This document shows, in pieces, positions 36,283 through 46,574 of a DNA stretch of 53,883 nucleotides. Under the pieces are notes generated by a model that was not told the origin of the DNA, ran no database searches, and was given only the letters and a program-made list of their open reading frames with translations. Source of the DNA: Candidatus Levybacteria bacterium RIFCSPHIGHO2_01_FULL_37_33 (GTDB lineage: Bacteria; Patescibacteriota; Microgenomatia; Levybacterales; UBA12049); assembly GCA_001782085.1 (NCBI GenBank), contig MFNM01000014.1, forward strand, positions 1 through 53,883. The letters run 5' to 3'. Every line of letters begins with the position of its first letter. The stretch's first letter is position 1. A program made the translations under genes and the position numbers.

Positions 36283-36687
36283 ATGAGAACAGTTTTAAGA
36301 ACTATATTATTTTATTCTTTTTCTCTTTTTGCCTTAACCTTAGTGTTTCCGGGGGCAAAGATTACGGGGGGGCTTGAGACTTATCTTTTGGGCGGAGTAG
36401 CTCTTTCTATAATATTCCTTCTGATAAAACCTGTTTTAAACATCTTAACACTTCCCTTAAACCTTGTGACCCTAGGCGCGTTTTCTTTTTTTACAAATGT
36501 AATAATTCTTTATCTTCTTACCCTTTTTGTACCTCAAATAAAGATTACGTCATTTGTATTTGCGGGTTTTTCTTACGCTGGATTTGCAATTCCCAAAACC
36601 TCTGTCAATCAAATCCTCGCATTTATAGTGTGCGGTCTTGCATTATCTGCTATAATCACCTTCCTATCATGGCTGATAAAAAAATAG
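36283..36687 (+). CDS. YvlD/DUF360-like four-TM holin-family membrane protein
   Basis: IKPVLNILTLPLNLVTLGAFSFFTN motif. Confidence 0.85.
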   Translation: MRTVLRTILFYSFSLFALTLVFPGAKITGGLETYLLGGVALSIIFLLIKPVLNILTLPLNLVTLGAFSFFTNVIILYLLTLFVPQIKITSFVFAGFSYAGFAIPKTSVNQILAFIVCGLALSAIITFLSWLIKK

Positions 36688-37622
36688 TCTGCTTGGGCGG
36701 CGGAGTCGGCACAGCAAATTTACTAAGAGGTATTAAAGAATACTTTTCGGATATAACTGTTGTGGTCTCAATGGCAGATGATGGCGGATCTGCAGGAAGG
36801 CTTAGGAGATACTATAAAACATTCCCAACGGGAGATATCATAAACTGCATGGTTGCATTATCCGATGCCGATTCGATATTAATCGATCTTTTAAGATACA
36901 GATTCAGAGGACAGCGGTATGGCCCCGACAACCTTTTGCCCGGACAAAAACTGGGCAACTTAATACTTCTTGCCTTAAGTTCTATAAAAAATGATTTCAA
37001 TAAAGGCTTAATCGAACTTCAGAAAATATTCAAAACCCGAGGAAAGATTTACCCTTCTACGATGACTCCTATTTCTATTTGGGCAAAAACCTCAACAGGG
37101 CACATCGTAACCCGCGAAGAGAATATTGATTTGGGAAAATTTAAAGGGCGAATCGAAAAGCTATTTATAAGACCCAAGAACCCTCCGGTTGATAAAAAAG
37201 TCAAAGATGCCATAATAGATTCAGATGTAATTATTGCCGGTCCGGGCGATTTATATACAACCATTCTTCCTACTATTATGGTTCCAGATATCTTACTTGC
37301 TATAAAGCAGTCAAAAGCCGAGAAATTATTTGTTGTAAACGTAGCCAATAAGCCTTTTGAGACGCCAAAATATACGATAGAAGATTTTGCAAAAGCAATA
37401 AAAAAACACTGTGGAGATACACTTTTTGACATTTTTTTCTTAAATAGCAATCAGAGTCCTGAAATCCCTGCTAAATGGAAATATCAATACAACTATGTAC
37501 CGCTTTTAAACGGCCAGATTAAATTACCTTTTAAGGTTGTCCGGGAAGATTTGATAGATGAAGAGTTTCCTCTGTATCATGACTCGGTAAAGCTTGCAAA
37601 GGCTATAGCAGAAAATATATAA
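36669..37622 (+). CDS. yvcK: YvcK/UPF0052 (CofD-like) protein
   Basis: IVCLGGGVG, VSMADDGGSAGRLR, GDI.NC, LGNL, IIAGPGDLYTTILP, HDS.KLA. Confidence 0.9.
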   Translation: MADKKIVCLGGGVGTANLLRGIKEYFSDITVVVSMADDGGSAGRLRRYYKTFPTGDIINCMVALSDADSILIDLLRYRFRGQRYGPDNLLPGQKLGNLILLALSSIKNDFNKGLIELQKIFKTRGKIYPSTMTPISIWAKTSTGHIVTREENIDLGKFKGRIEKLFIRPKNPPVDKKVKDAIIDSDVIIAGPGDLYTTILPTIMVPDILLAIKQSKAEKLFVVNVANKPFETPKYTIEDFAKAIKKHCGDTLFDIFFLNSNQSPEIPAKWKYQYNYVPLLNGQIKLPFKVVREDLIDEEFPLYHDSVKLAKAIAENI

Positions 37623-37631
37623 TCTTAAGAT

Positions 37632-37847
37632 ATGATTTTAAAGACCATTCTTCAAATATTAATTCCCGTTCTTCTTATCGGAGCTATTCTTCTTCAAATG
37701 CAGGGATCGGGTCTTTCAAAAACTTTCGGCGGCGGCGGTGGAGAGTTTTATAGAAGTAAACAAAGTATAGAAAAAATTTTAATATGGGCTACCGTAATTC
37801 TTGCCGGGTTGTTTGGCTTGATGTCTCTACTTTTTGCCCCACGATAA
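37632..37847 (+). CDS. secG: preprotein translocase subunit SecG
   Basis: Two TM helices joined by ILLQ..GSGLS..FGGGG; EK.L...T. Confidence 0.88.
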   Translation: MILKTILQILIPVLLIGAILLQMQGSGLSKTFGGGGGEFYRSKQSIEKILIWATVILAGLFGLMSLLFAPR

Positions 37848-37861
37848 AATAATTTGAATTT

Positions 37862-39217
37862 ATGATTGTATTTAGACGCCGTCTGATATTTTGGCTTATT
37901 AAAGCCTATTTTAAGAAATGGGGGCGCTCAATATTGATCTTCTTTGTTATTGGGCTTTTAGCGTTTTTTGCTTTAAAAGTTTTATCACAGGTTATTCCTT
38001 CTACTTTTCCGTTTATTCAAAAAGAAACAATTGGAATGGCAGGTTCATTTACTATTAATGATCTTCCCTCTCCTATTCTTAAAATGGTATCCAGAGGTTT
38101 AACATATGTTTCTTACGACGGAACAGTTAAGCCGGATATAGCAGGAGCATGGAAAATCGGGGACAATGGCAAAGAATACACATTTTATCTTCGGAGAGAT
38201 ATCTACTTCTCAGACGGTACACACCTGACTTCCAAAAACGTAAGTTATAACTTTTCGGATGCTTCAATAACAAGACCCGATGATTACACAATAAAGTTTA
38301 AATTAAAAGATGCCTACTCTCCATTCCCGGTTACAGTTTCCCGGCCGATTTTTAAAAAAGGGTTTGTAGGGCTGGGAGAATATAGCATTAAGTCTGTAAA
38401 GCTTAATGGTGATTTTGTAACGTCCATAAGTTTGGTTTCCACCGACTCGGATAAAAAGGTGGTCAGATACCAATTTTTCCCTACGGAGGATGCTGTAAAA
38501 ACCGCATTTGTGATGGGTGAAGTTTCTAAAATTTCAGGCATTCATGATACAACTTTTAAAAAAACAAAGTTAAATTCTTTTAAATCCGTTACGGTAAAAA
38601 AAGTCTTAAACGACAGACAATTGATAACACTTTTTTACAACACGCAAGATAGGATTTTGTCGGAAAAGAAAATAAGGGAAGCCTTGTCCTACGCTATACC
38701 CGATAAATTTGAAAATGGAGAAAGAAATCCAAGCCCGTTTTCTCCTAATTCCTGGGTGAATCAAGGAACAAACATCCGCATTCAGGATATGGAACATGCC
38801 AAAAATTTGCTGGATGCATCGGAAAGTGCGTCTGATTCTTCAAAATTAAAGTTTGTTTTAAAAACTTTTTCCCAGTATAAGGGATCGGCCAAAATAATTT
38901 CGGACAATTTTAAAAAAATAGGTATTAACGCAAAAATAGAAGTCGTTGAGACTATCCCTTCCAATTTTCAGATGTTTTTAGGAGATTTAAATTTGTCTAA
39001 AGATCCGGATCAGTATGTTTTATGGCATTCTGAGCAGAACAGTAATATATCCGGATATAAAAACTTAAGAATAGATAAGCTTTTAGAAGACGGTCGAAAA
39101 ACTGCCGACATAAATGAAAGAAAGAAAATATATTCTGATTTTCAAAAATATATTCTAGATGACCCGCCGGCGTCTTTCTTATATCTCCCCTACACCTACG
39201 AAATCTCAAGAAACTAA
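37862..39217 (+). CDS. ABC transporter substrate-binding protein, family 5
   Basis: PDIAGAW, YTFYLR....FSDG..LT, IREALSYAI, DPDQY.LWHS, IDKLLEDGR, DDPPASFLY. Confidence 0.85.
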   Translation: MIVFRRRLIFWLIKAYFKKWGRSILIFFVIGLLAFFALKVLSQVIPSTFPFIQKETIGMAGSFTINDLPSPILKMVSRGLTYVSYDGTVKPDIAGAWKIGDNGKEYTFYLRRDIYFSDGTHLTSKNVSYNFSDASITRPDDYTIKFKLKDAYSPFPVTVSRPIFKKGFVGLGEYSIKSVKLNGDFVTSISLVSTDSDKKVVRYQFFPTEDAVKTAFVMGEVSKISGIHDTTFKKTKLNSFKSVTVKKVLNDRQLITLFYNTQDRILSEKKIREALSYAIPDKFENGERNPSPFSPNSWVNQGTNIRIQDMEHAKNLLDASESASDSSKLKFVLKTFSQYKGSAKIISDNFKKIGINAKIEVVETIPSNFQMFLGDLNLSKDPDQYVLWHSEQNSNISGYKNLRIDKLLEDGRKTADINERKKIYSDFQKYILDDPPASFLYLPYTYEISRN

Positions 39218-40500
39218 CCTCTCATCGTTTTTGAGCGGAGTTTTCTGTGATATGTGATTGCGAATCTATGGGCTTCATCCCGAATTCTCATTACCAAAAG
39301 AAGGGCCTTTGAGTTTTTTGGCAGTTTAATTTCTAAAAGATTCGATGTAATAATTGTTTCTTCCCTTTTTGCAATCCCAATTAGCGCAAGATTTAAATTT
39401 TTTCTTTTTAAAACTTTAACCACAGAAGAGACTTGCCCTTTTCCTCCGTCTACTATTATTAAATCAGGATGTGGCCATTCGCTATGATTTAATCTTCGGG
39501 ATATAACTTCTGAGATCATCGCAAAATCATTTGGTTGTCCTTTTGTAAATCTAATTTTAAATCTTCTATAGAGGGATTTTTCTTTTTCTCCATTTAAAAA
39601 AACAACCATGGAGCCTACGGCAAACTTCCCTGAGACATTTGATATGTCGAAGGATTCGATTCTCGAAAGAGAGGAAACTTGCGATTCTGTGTTTTTAAGT
39701 TCATTTTTTAAGCTCGAGAGCTCTTCGTTTTTGATGTCTTCATCTAAGTTGGGATTAACTTTATGGTCAAAAGATAGGTAAGAAGGGTTTGTAACAGTTA
39801 AGATTGAGTTAATTTTTTCCTGAAGATTATTTGCTTTTTCATATTCTTCCCTTTTGCTTAAAATATTCCTTTCCTTTTCTAAATCTTTTAAAATTTTTTT
39901 TGTATTTCCCTTAAGAAAGTGCACAATTCGTTTTATATTTTTTTTGTAATCTCTTTTAAGTTCGACCGAATCAAATACCGGAGGGCATGGGCAAAGTCCC
40001 AGATGGTAATATAAACAGATTTTCCTGGGATGATTTTTAAGAGATATGTACGGAAAAATTTTTCTTATAGTTTTTAGCACCAATCTCATTGCACCCGCGT
40101 TTGGATACGGACCAAAATACAGATCGTTCTTTTCATCTTCAATTCTTCTTGCCACAAGTATCCTGGGGTACTTATCTTTGACGGTTATTTTAATTAAGGG
40201 ATATGCCTTGCCGTCTGTTAGCCTGGAGTTGTATACCGGATTATATTTTTTTATATAATTTGCTTCAAGGAGCAGGGCTTCTATCTCGGAATGGGTGTTA
40301 ATTGTTTTAATCTTTGAGGTTTTGGATATAAGAATCCTTGTTTTTTCAAGAAGCGAAGACCTGCTGATAAAATAACTGCCTACTCTCTTTTTAAGATTTT
40401 TAGCTTTTCCGACATATAGAACATTACCCTTTTGATCTAAAAATAGGTAAATTCCAGGGTTTGAGGACAATGATCGATATGATGAGTATTCCAAAAGCAA
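39214..40500 (-). CDS. uvrC: excinuclease ABC subunit C, short form with no C-terminal HhH
   Basis: PGIYLF, LYVGKAKNLKKRV.SYF, EALLLEA, FGPYP, RIESFDISN, PDLIIVDGGKGQ, RIRDEAHRFAITYHR. Start codon uncertain. Confidence 0.92.
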   Translation of the reverse strand: MLLEYSSYRSLSSNPGIYLFLDQKGNVLYVGKAKNLKKRVGSYFISRSSLLEKTRILISKTSKIKTINTHSEIEALLLEANYIKKYNPVYNSRLTDGKAYPLIKITVKDKYPRILVARRIEDEKNDLYFGPYPNAGAMRLVLKTIRKIFPYISLKNHPRKICLYYHLGLCPCPPVFDSVELKRDYKKNIKRIVHFLKGNTKKILKDLEKERNILSKREEYEKANNLQEKINSILTVTNPSYLSFDHKVNPNLDEDIKNEELSSLKNELKNTESQVSSLSRIESFDISNVSGKFAVGSMVVFLNGEKEKSLYRRFKIRFTKGQPNDFAMISEVISRRLNHSEWPHPDLIIVDGGKGQVSSVVKVLKRKNLNLALIGIAKREETIITSNLLEIKLPKNSKALLLVMRIRDEAHRFAITYHRKLRSKTMRG

Positions 40501-42262
40501 TTACGCCACCTCCTAAAAGAGCCCACTTACTTAAAAAGATTGGGATTATTTTAACTTTATGGAAAAGTGTATTTCCTCCAAGCGATATTCTAATTAGATC
40601 TTGCCTATTTGTCAAAAATGAAGTTTTTGAAAATGTTATTGGGATAATCAGGTTACCATAGGGCGGAATTTCACTTATGGTAAGTCTTTGATAGTGGGGG
40701 GCAAGAACAGACGTATAGATAATTATGCTTTGAGCAGGTGCTAGAGTTTTTCCGGCATTTTTGATTAAAAGACTTCCCGAAAAAGGAAATCCGGATACTA
40801 TATTATTGGGCATGTTCTGAACAATTTGCAAAGTCGGATTTTCTTCTTCATAAACATTAGCAAAACTAACATTAACATCTTTTAATCCCTCATTCCCCGC
40901 GAGCTTATACCCGCCGGCCGGCACGGGATAATTACTGTCTTCACCTTTTATTACAAATGCTATGTGGTCAAAATCTAAGACATCAAAATAATCTATACCC
41001 CCTGTTGTATTTGCCCACGTGGGATCAACCATTACCCAAGTTTTAAGGTCTTTATCGTAATACTGCGGCCATGCATGAAGAATATCTTTGATTAAAGAAA
41101 GAGGTCTTTTTTTGGAATCTTGTGTGTATGCGTATCCGTCTATCTCTCTTGCCGGTATTCCCGCTGCTCTTGAGAGTGCTATAAAAAGGTCTGTAAATTC
41201 AAGGCATACCGCAGATGAAGGGTCATCCATTAAATTTAGAGCTCCTAACCTTGGTTTATTTGAGGAAACTCTTGAGTAATCATACTTAAGATATCCCGAA
41301 ACATAATCATAAATTGCTCTGGGTGTTTTTAAAGACTGAGCAAGCTTTTTTATCTTGTCATTATCCGCTTCCCAATAAGTGTTCGGTTCTAAGTATTTTG
41401 ACAATTCATTGTCTGTTTTGGGTTCTTTTTTTGGAGAAAGCGATATTTTTATCTTACCCCTCGCTTCCACATCCGTTTTTTTACCAGGAGGCAGCGAATA
41501 TTCAGCCAGCCAGTTCCCGTCATTATCTACTCTCACATTTGCGGGTCTTGGATCAATATTTTCTATTTGCACGTCCTGGTAGTTCGTATTTGGAGGCAGA
41601 GCAATCTCGGTTCTTATTGGAAATAGATTTTTATTTTGGAGATGATATGTAAGATTAAATTTATAAATTTGGCTTTCTCCAAATGCCATAGAGATTCCGG
41701 ATTTTTCAAGCTGTTCTTTGGTAAAGAAATAAGTGTTCCCTTTTTGCGCAAGGTCCTTAATTTGCGGTTTAACATAAGCCGGCCTTCCAAAGCTTGGCGG
41801 CACAGTTACCTGGGCATTAAGACTTGAGTAATTTGACTTGGGAGAAAATCCCGGCATATTTATCTCCCATATGTTTCCTAATTTTTGGGCAACCTCTTTA
41901 GTATCGAACGATATATTAAAATTAAGTTTGTTTCCAATGCCTGTTACTCTCTTGTTGAAATTTACTTCAATTGTTTGTTCTTCGTTGTCTTTATATACAC
42001 TGCCAAGTATGTTTCCATCAGAATCAAAAGCCTTGACATTTTGAATGTCCGAAAATCCCGCCTGAATTTTATACGAGGATGCGTAGAATGTCGAAGTTTG
42101 ATTGGTCAGAGTAATATTTATTTCAACATGTGTATTCTCGTTTTCAAAAACTTTATAGTTTATATCATAATCTGTAGAAAAATTTGAAGCCGCATAAGTT
42201 TTTGAAGCAAAAAGTAAAATAAATAGCAAAAAAATAGTAAGGAAAGAAATAATTTTCTTCAT
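40424..42262 (-). CDS. exported transglutaminase-like domain protein with C-terminal TM anchor
   Basis: Signal peptide; AVCLEFTDLFIALSRAAGIPAR, LHAWPQYY, WVMVDPTW (Cys-His-Asp triad). Confidence 0.88.
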   Translation of the reverse strand: MKKIISFLTIFLLFILLFASKTYAASNFSTDYDINYKVFENENTHVEINITLTNQTSTFYASSYKIQAGFSDIQNVKAFDSDGNILGSVYKDNEEQTIEVNFNKRVTGIGNKLNFNISFDTKEVAQKLGNIWEINMPGFSPKSNYSSLNAQVTVPPSFGRPAYVKPQIKDLAQKGNTYFFTKEQLEKSGISMAFGESQIYKFNLTYHLQNKNLFPIRTEIALPPNTNYQDVQIENIDPRPANVRVDNDGNWLAEYSLPPGKKTDVEARGKIKISLSPKKEPKTDNELSKYLEPNTYWEADNDKIKKLAQSLKTPRAIYDYVSGYLKYDYSRVSSNKPRLGALNLMDDPSSAVCLEFTDLFIALSRAAGIPAREIDGYAYTQDSKKRPLSLIKDILHAWPQYYDKDLKTWVMVDPTWANTTGGIDYFDVLDFDHIAFVIKGEDSNYPVPAGGYKLAGNEGLKDVNVSFANVYEEENPTLQIVQNMPNNIVSGFPFSGSLLIKNAGKTLAPAQSIIIYTSVLAPHYQRLTISEIPPYGNLIIPITFSKTSFLTNRQDLIRISLGGNTLFHKVKIIPIFLSKWALLGGGVIAFGILIISIIVLKPWNLPIFRSKG

Positions 42263-42293
42263 TAAATTAAGTATATATTTATTTTTAGAATTT

Positions 42294-45182
42294 TTACAGT
42301 TTTTTGTTGAGAAAATGTCCAGTATAAGACTTTGGATTTCTTAAAAGCTCTTGTGGTGTTCCGAAGGCAATGACCTCTCCGCCTTTTTCTCCGCCTTCAG
42401 GCCCAAGATCTATAATGTAATCTGCATTTTTTACAACATCCAAATTATGTTCTATTGTTATAACAGTGTTTCCCTGCTTAACAAGTTTTTTTAGTACAAT
42501 CAAAAGTTTTTCCAAATCTGCAAAGTGAAGACCCGTTGTTGGTTCATCCAGAAGATACAAAGACTGACCGCCTCTTTTTGAAAGTTCTGTTGCAAGTTTT
42601 ACTCTCTGTGCTTCTCCGCCTGAAAGAGTTGGTGCCGATTGGCCAAGTCTTATATAGGATAATCCAACGTCGTTTAAAGTCTGAAGTTTATGTGAGAGAC
42701 CCGGTACAAATGAAAAAAATAAGAGAGCTTCGGAGACGCTCATTGCCAAAATTTCTGCAATATTTTTACCGTTAAACAAAACTTCTAAAGCTTCTTTATT
42801 ATACTGAAGTCCGTCGCATTGATCACATTTTACATAAATATCCGGCAGAAACTGCATTTCTATTTTTATTTGTCCTCCTCCCTGGCAGACTTCACATCGC
42901 CCCCCTTTTACATTAAATGAAAATCTGCCAGATTTATATCCTCTTAGCCTTGCTTCCTTTGTTTTCGCAAATAACTCTCTTATATAAGTAAAACAGCCCG
43001 TATATGTTACGGGGTTACTTCTTGGAGTTCGTCCGATTGGAGACTGATCAATCAAAAAAACATGTTTTATATTTTCATATCCGTCAAGCTTTTCAAACTT
43101 TCCGGGTTTTTCGCGGTGATAAGGATTTTGTCTTTGCATTAGGGCATGGTAAAGAATATCGTTAACTAATGTTGACTTGCCCGATCCTGAGACTCCAGTA
43201 ACTACAATAAATTTATTAAGCGGAAAAGTAACGTCAATATTTTTAAGATTGTGCTGTCTTGCGCCAATTATTTTTAAGTTTTTACTAGCTTGACTCTTAT
43301 CTTCACTGCTTAAGATTTGTATTTTTTTCTTTCCCGAGAGATATTCCCCTGTTAAAGATTTTTTATTTTTTTTGATTTCCAAAACTGACCCTTGAGCAAT
43401 TATTTCTCCTCCAGCCTCGCCTGCGCCCGGACCAAAATCCAAGATAAAATCTGACTCCTCCATTGTTTCTTGGTCATGTTCAACCACAATGACAGTGTTG
43501 CCTAAATCTCTTAATTTTTTAAGAGTTTTAATGAGCTTCCCGTTGTCCCTTGGATGAAGCCCGATAGAAGGTTCGTCCAGTACATACAGAACTCCTGTAA
43601 GTCCTGATCCAATTTGAGAAGCAAGTCTTATTCTCTGGGCTTCTCCTCCTGCTAAGGTTTGTGCGCCCCGAGATAAAGTTAAATAATCAAGCCCAACATC
43701 CAATAAAAAAGATAGCCTTTCTTTAATTTCCTTTACGATCATTTTTCCGATTTCCGCCTCTCTTTGTGAAATTTTAGAGTTAAGATTATTTATAAATTCA
43801 AAGCAAAGAAAAATAGAAAGATTAGAAACATCAACTATCGATTTTCCATTCACTGTTACCGAAAGTGCTTCTTTTTTAAGTCTTGCGCCGCGGCACTCAA
43901 GGCATGTCTCGTATCTCATAAATCTTTCTATCTGATTTTTTATAAATGAAGATTGCGTTGCGTGATACCTTTGTTTTATCTCACTTAAGATTCCCCTAAA
44001 TTCTGCATATATTTCAGTTTCCCTGCCCCATCTATTCTTGCCTTTGACTTCGTATTCCTTATCTCCCGTTCCCTCAATCAAAAGATTTTTTTTATCATCC
44101 GGGATTTCCGAAAATCTCTTGGTGAGCGGAATATTATTTTCTTCACAAAATTTTATAAAAGTTCTGGAAAACCAAGTACCCTGATAATAAATATTTGGAA
44201 AGGGTGAGATGCCGCCTTCCGAGATTGATAAGTTGTTATTAAATACCAAATCCTTATCTACCGTAAGAATCGTTCCTAAGCCATTACACTGCGGGCAGGC
44301 TCCATGAGGAGTGTTAAAAGAGAAAATTCGCGGTTCAACTTCCGGAATTGAAATATTGCAGACAGGACATGCAAATTTTTCTGAGAACAGTTCATCCTCC
44401 ATTTTCTTGGGTTTCTCAGGAATTGTAAAACCGGGATCTTTTACAATTGAGATAATAAGTTCTCCGTTTCCCAGCTTAAGACCCTGTTCAACAGCCTCTC
44501 CTACCCTTAATCTGTCTGTATCTTTTGTTAGAATAAGCTCGTCAATTACAAGATCAATTGTATGTTTGTTTGTTTTTATAAGTACAAAATTTTCATCAAC
44601 TGTGAATATTTCTTTATCAACTCTTACTTTTTTATATCCTCGTTTTTTAAGATCCAAGAAAAGCTCTCTATATTCCCCTTTTCTGTCCTTGACAATTGGA
44701 GATAAGATTAAAATTTTTAATTTTGCAAGTTTTATATTTGTATTTTGTTTTTTTAAAAGATCAAAAATTGCATTCATTATCTGCTCGGGTGTCTGGTGAG
44801 TTATTTCCCGTCCGCAGTTTGGGCAGTGAGGATGACCGATCCGGGCATATAAGAGTCTTAGATAATCGTAAATTTCTGTGACTGTTCCAACTGTTGATCT
44901 TGGGTTATGAGAAGTAGATTTTTGGTCAATTGATATTGCAGGAGACAAGCCCTCTATTAAATCGACATCGGGTTTTTTCATAATTCCCAAGAACTGCCGG
45001 GCATAAGATGACAAACTTTCTACATACCTTCTCTGCCCTTCTGCATAAATAGTGTCAAAAGCCAGCGAAGATTTTCCAGAACCGGAAAGACCTGTAAAAA
45101 CAACAAGCTTGTTTTTGGGAATTTCTACATTTATAGATTTGAGGTTATGCTCTCGGGCCCCTTTTATAATTATCTTATCCAT
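42294..45182 (-). CDS. uvrA: excinuclease ABC subunit A
   Basis: [38 protein letters not shown], zinc fingers, two ABC signature sets. Confidence 0.98.
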   Translation of the reverse strand: MDKIIIKGAREHNLKSINVEIPKNKLVVFTGLSGSGKSSLAFDTIYAEGQRRYVESLSSYARQFLGIMKKPDVDLIEGLSPAISIDQKSTSHNPRSTVGTVTEIYDYLRLLYARIGHPHCPNCGREITHQTPEQIMNAIFDLLKKQNTNIKLAKLKILILSPIVKDRKGEYRELFLDLKKRGYKKVRVDKEIFTVDENFVLIKTNKHTIDLVIDELILTKDTDRLRVGEAVEQGLKLGNGELIISIVKDPGFTIPEKPKKMEDELFSEKFACPVCNISIPEVEPRIFSFNTPHGACPQCNGLGTILTVDKDLVFNNNLSISEGGISPFPNIYYQGTWFSRTFIKFCEENNIPLTKRFSEIPDDKKNLLIEGTGDKEYEVKGKNRWGRETEIYAEFRGILSEIKQRYHATQSSFIKNQIERFMRYETCLECRGARLKKEALSVTVNGKSIVDVSNLSIFLCFEFINNLNSKISQREAEIGKMIVKEIKERLSFLLDVGLDYLTLSRGAQTLAGGEAQRIRLASQIGSGLTGVLYVLDEPSIGLHPRDNGKLIKTLKKLRDLGNTVIVVEHDQETMEESDFILDFGPGAGEAGGEIIAQGSVLEIKKNKKSLTGEYLSGKKKIQILSSEDKSQASKNLKIIGARQHNLKNIDVTFPLNKFIVVTGVSGSGKSTLVNDILYHALMQRQNPYHREKPGKFEKLDGYENIKHVFLIDQSPIGRTPRSNPVTYTGCFTYIRELFAKTKEARLRGYKSGRFSFNVKGGRCEVCQGGGQIKIEMQFLPDIYVKCDQCDGLQYNKEALEVLFNGKNIAEILAMSVSEALLFFSFVPGLSHKLQTLNDVGLSYIRLGQSAPTLSGGEAQRVKLATELSKRGGQSLYLLDEPTTGLHFADLEKLLIVLKKLVKQGNTVITIEHNLDVVKNADYIIDLGPEGGEKGGEVIAFGTPQELLRNPKSYTGHFLNKKL

Positions 45183-45308
45183 AGAAACCGATTTTTTATT
45201 ATAGAGGAAAAAAAGAGATGAGGCAATTGTATGTATGTCTAGAATCAAGAAAATTAATCCCTAATAAAGTTTATCTTGAGTAAAGTCGACTACATCTTTT
45301 AACTTAAT

Positions 45309-45806
45309 TTACTTATCCCATTCTTTTAAGAATTTCTTTTCATTTGGTTTTTGGATAAGTTTTTTCATGATATACGCATCAGGGCCAAAATAACTCTTTT
45401 CATCAAATCCGATTACCCTACACCCTCGTTTTAAATAGAATCCAACATTTCTTTTGTCCGAGTAAAATATAATACTATGAACTCCTTGCTTTATGCATAA
45501 TTTTTCAAAAAAATTTAGCAGTGTAGTTCCTATTCCATGAGCTTGATAATTTTTTAATACAGCGAACCAATAAATCCACGAAACTCCGCCTTCAAATTCT
45601 GCTGCAAGTAGATACGCAACAAGCTTTCCGCCTACAAACGCACCAAACCGATTATTAAGAGATATCATTCTTTTCCTGTAAGGATCAGAGGCAAAAAAGC
45701 TGCGAGTTTTCTTTGAATACTCCGGAAACTCAATTAAAGTTTTAGTAAATACTTTTTTAAGCTCTTGAGTTTCTGTCCTTCTGATTGCGCGCACGATATA
45801 GCTCAT
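45309..45806 (-). CDS. GNAT family acetyltransferase
   Basis: FAVLKNYQAHGIGTTLL (motif A), NVGFYLKRG. Confidence 0.85.
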   Translation of the reverse strand: MSYIVRAIRRTETQELKKVFTKTLIEFPEYSKKTRSFFASDPYRKRMISLNNRFGAFVGGKLVAYLLAAEFEGGVSWIYWFAVLKNYQAHGIGTTLLNFFEKLCIKQGVHSIIFYSDKRNVGFYLKRGCRVIGFDEKSYFGPDAYIMKKLIQKPNEKKFLKEWDK

Positions 45807-45858
45807 GCTATGTTATTTGATTATATCTTTTTGAACGACCACTTTTCAAGATTCGCTA

Positions 45859-45950
45859 GTGAGGACGGTCGCTAGTTAGAGATTTGTGGGGACCGCTTTG
45901 TGGGGACTTTGTGGGAACTGTGGGGATTTGTGATTTGTGGGGACGGTCCT
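45859..45950 (+). repeat. G-rich degenerate tandem repeat (TTTGTGGGGAC)
   Basis: Five units at 45883-45944; the last ends in GGACGGTCC, echoed by GTGAGGACGGTCGC at 45859. Confidence 0.85.
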
Positions 45951-45997
45951 AAGAGATATTGTTGTGACAATCCAAGCGAGAAACATTTATTAGAGAT

Positions 45998-46492
45998 TTA
46001 TCGGGTTATGGAAATTACATCACCAACTTCTTGGTTTGGGGCAGCAATAGTAACTCTGTTATTTGCGTCCTTTACGACCGTATATCCTGTGTTATAGTTT
46101 GTGCATGTAGTTATATCATTTGTTTTAAGGGATGGATCGGTTGGGAGAGAAGGAATATATTTTGGGACCAGCAATGCACAGATATTAGCGCCATTTACCG
46201 CATCTGTTATAGTTGCAGAAGTAGTTGAAATACCAGTTGGTAAAACTCCTTTATTATCTGCAGTATATGCGCCTATTGAATTGAGAATTGCTGCAATATC
46301 ACTTCTTCGTTGTGCGTTATTTGCCCTACCGAATTGTCCCGCAGGATTGATTAGAAAAAGAATAATTGAGAAAAGAACTGACAATACTCCCATTACAACA
46401 AGGATTTCTATTAACGTAAATCCAGCACCACTTCTTCGAAGCTGGTGCTGGATAAAGCCCTTGTTTTTTTTCTGTGCTGGGGAGTAATTCAT
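45998..46492 (-). CDS. type IV pilin, probable major pilin of operon 2
   Basis: AG|FTLIEILVV, INPAGQFGRANNAQRRSD, LPTDP, TGYTV. ATG 46492 preferred because ATG 46513 falls in the -10 box. Confidence 0.9.
   Translation of the reverse strand: MNYSPAQKKNKGFIQHQLRRSGAGFTLIEILVVMGVLSVLFSIILFLINPAGQFGRANNAQRRSDIAAILNSIGAYTADNKGVLPTGISTTSATITDAVNGANICALLVPKYIPSLPTDPSLKTNDITTCTNYNTGYTVVKDANNRVTIAAPNQEVGDVISITR
46420..46453. repeat. palindrome inside the prepilin leader
   Basis: ATCCAGCACCA-12 nt-TGGTGCTGGAT, encoding IQHQLRRSGAG between two GF dipeptides. Confidence 0.85.
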
Positions 46493-46508
46493 GAAAATAG
46501 GCAAATTA

Positions 46509-46538
46509 ACCATAGCATAGTAGAAATTCCCCTGTCAA
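46509..46538 (-). promoter_or_regulatory. sigma70-type promoter of pilin 45998-46492
   Basis: TTGACA-18-TATGGT with an extended TG. Confidence 0.55.
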
Positions 46539-46539
46539 C

Positions 46540-46563
46540 AAGAGCCGGTTATATGGCTCTTTT
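46540..46563. terminator. hairpin, possible intrinsic terminator
   Basis: AAGAGCC-GGTTATAT-GGCTCTT between the upstream stop and the pilin promoter; the U tract on the minus strand is weak. Confidence 0.4.
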
Positions 46564-46574
46564 GTTCATTGAGG

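Noticed and set aside
36283..36687. Holin-family gene, and the Xis-like HTH at 31879, as prophage evidence
   Set aside because: YvlD-like proteins are common chromosomal genes near uvr/yvcK; no phage structural or integrase genes are present.
45883..45950. CRISPR array, or the 65-aa ORF 45900-46097
   Set aside because: Units are about 11 bp with no unique spacers; the ORF is low-complexity and antisense to the pilin.
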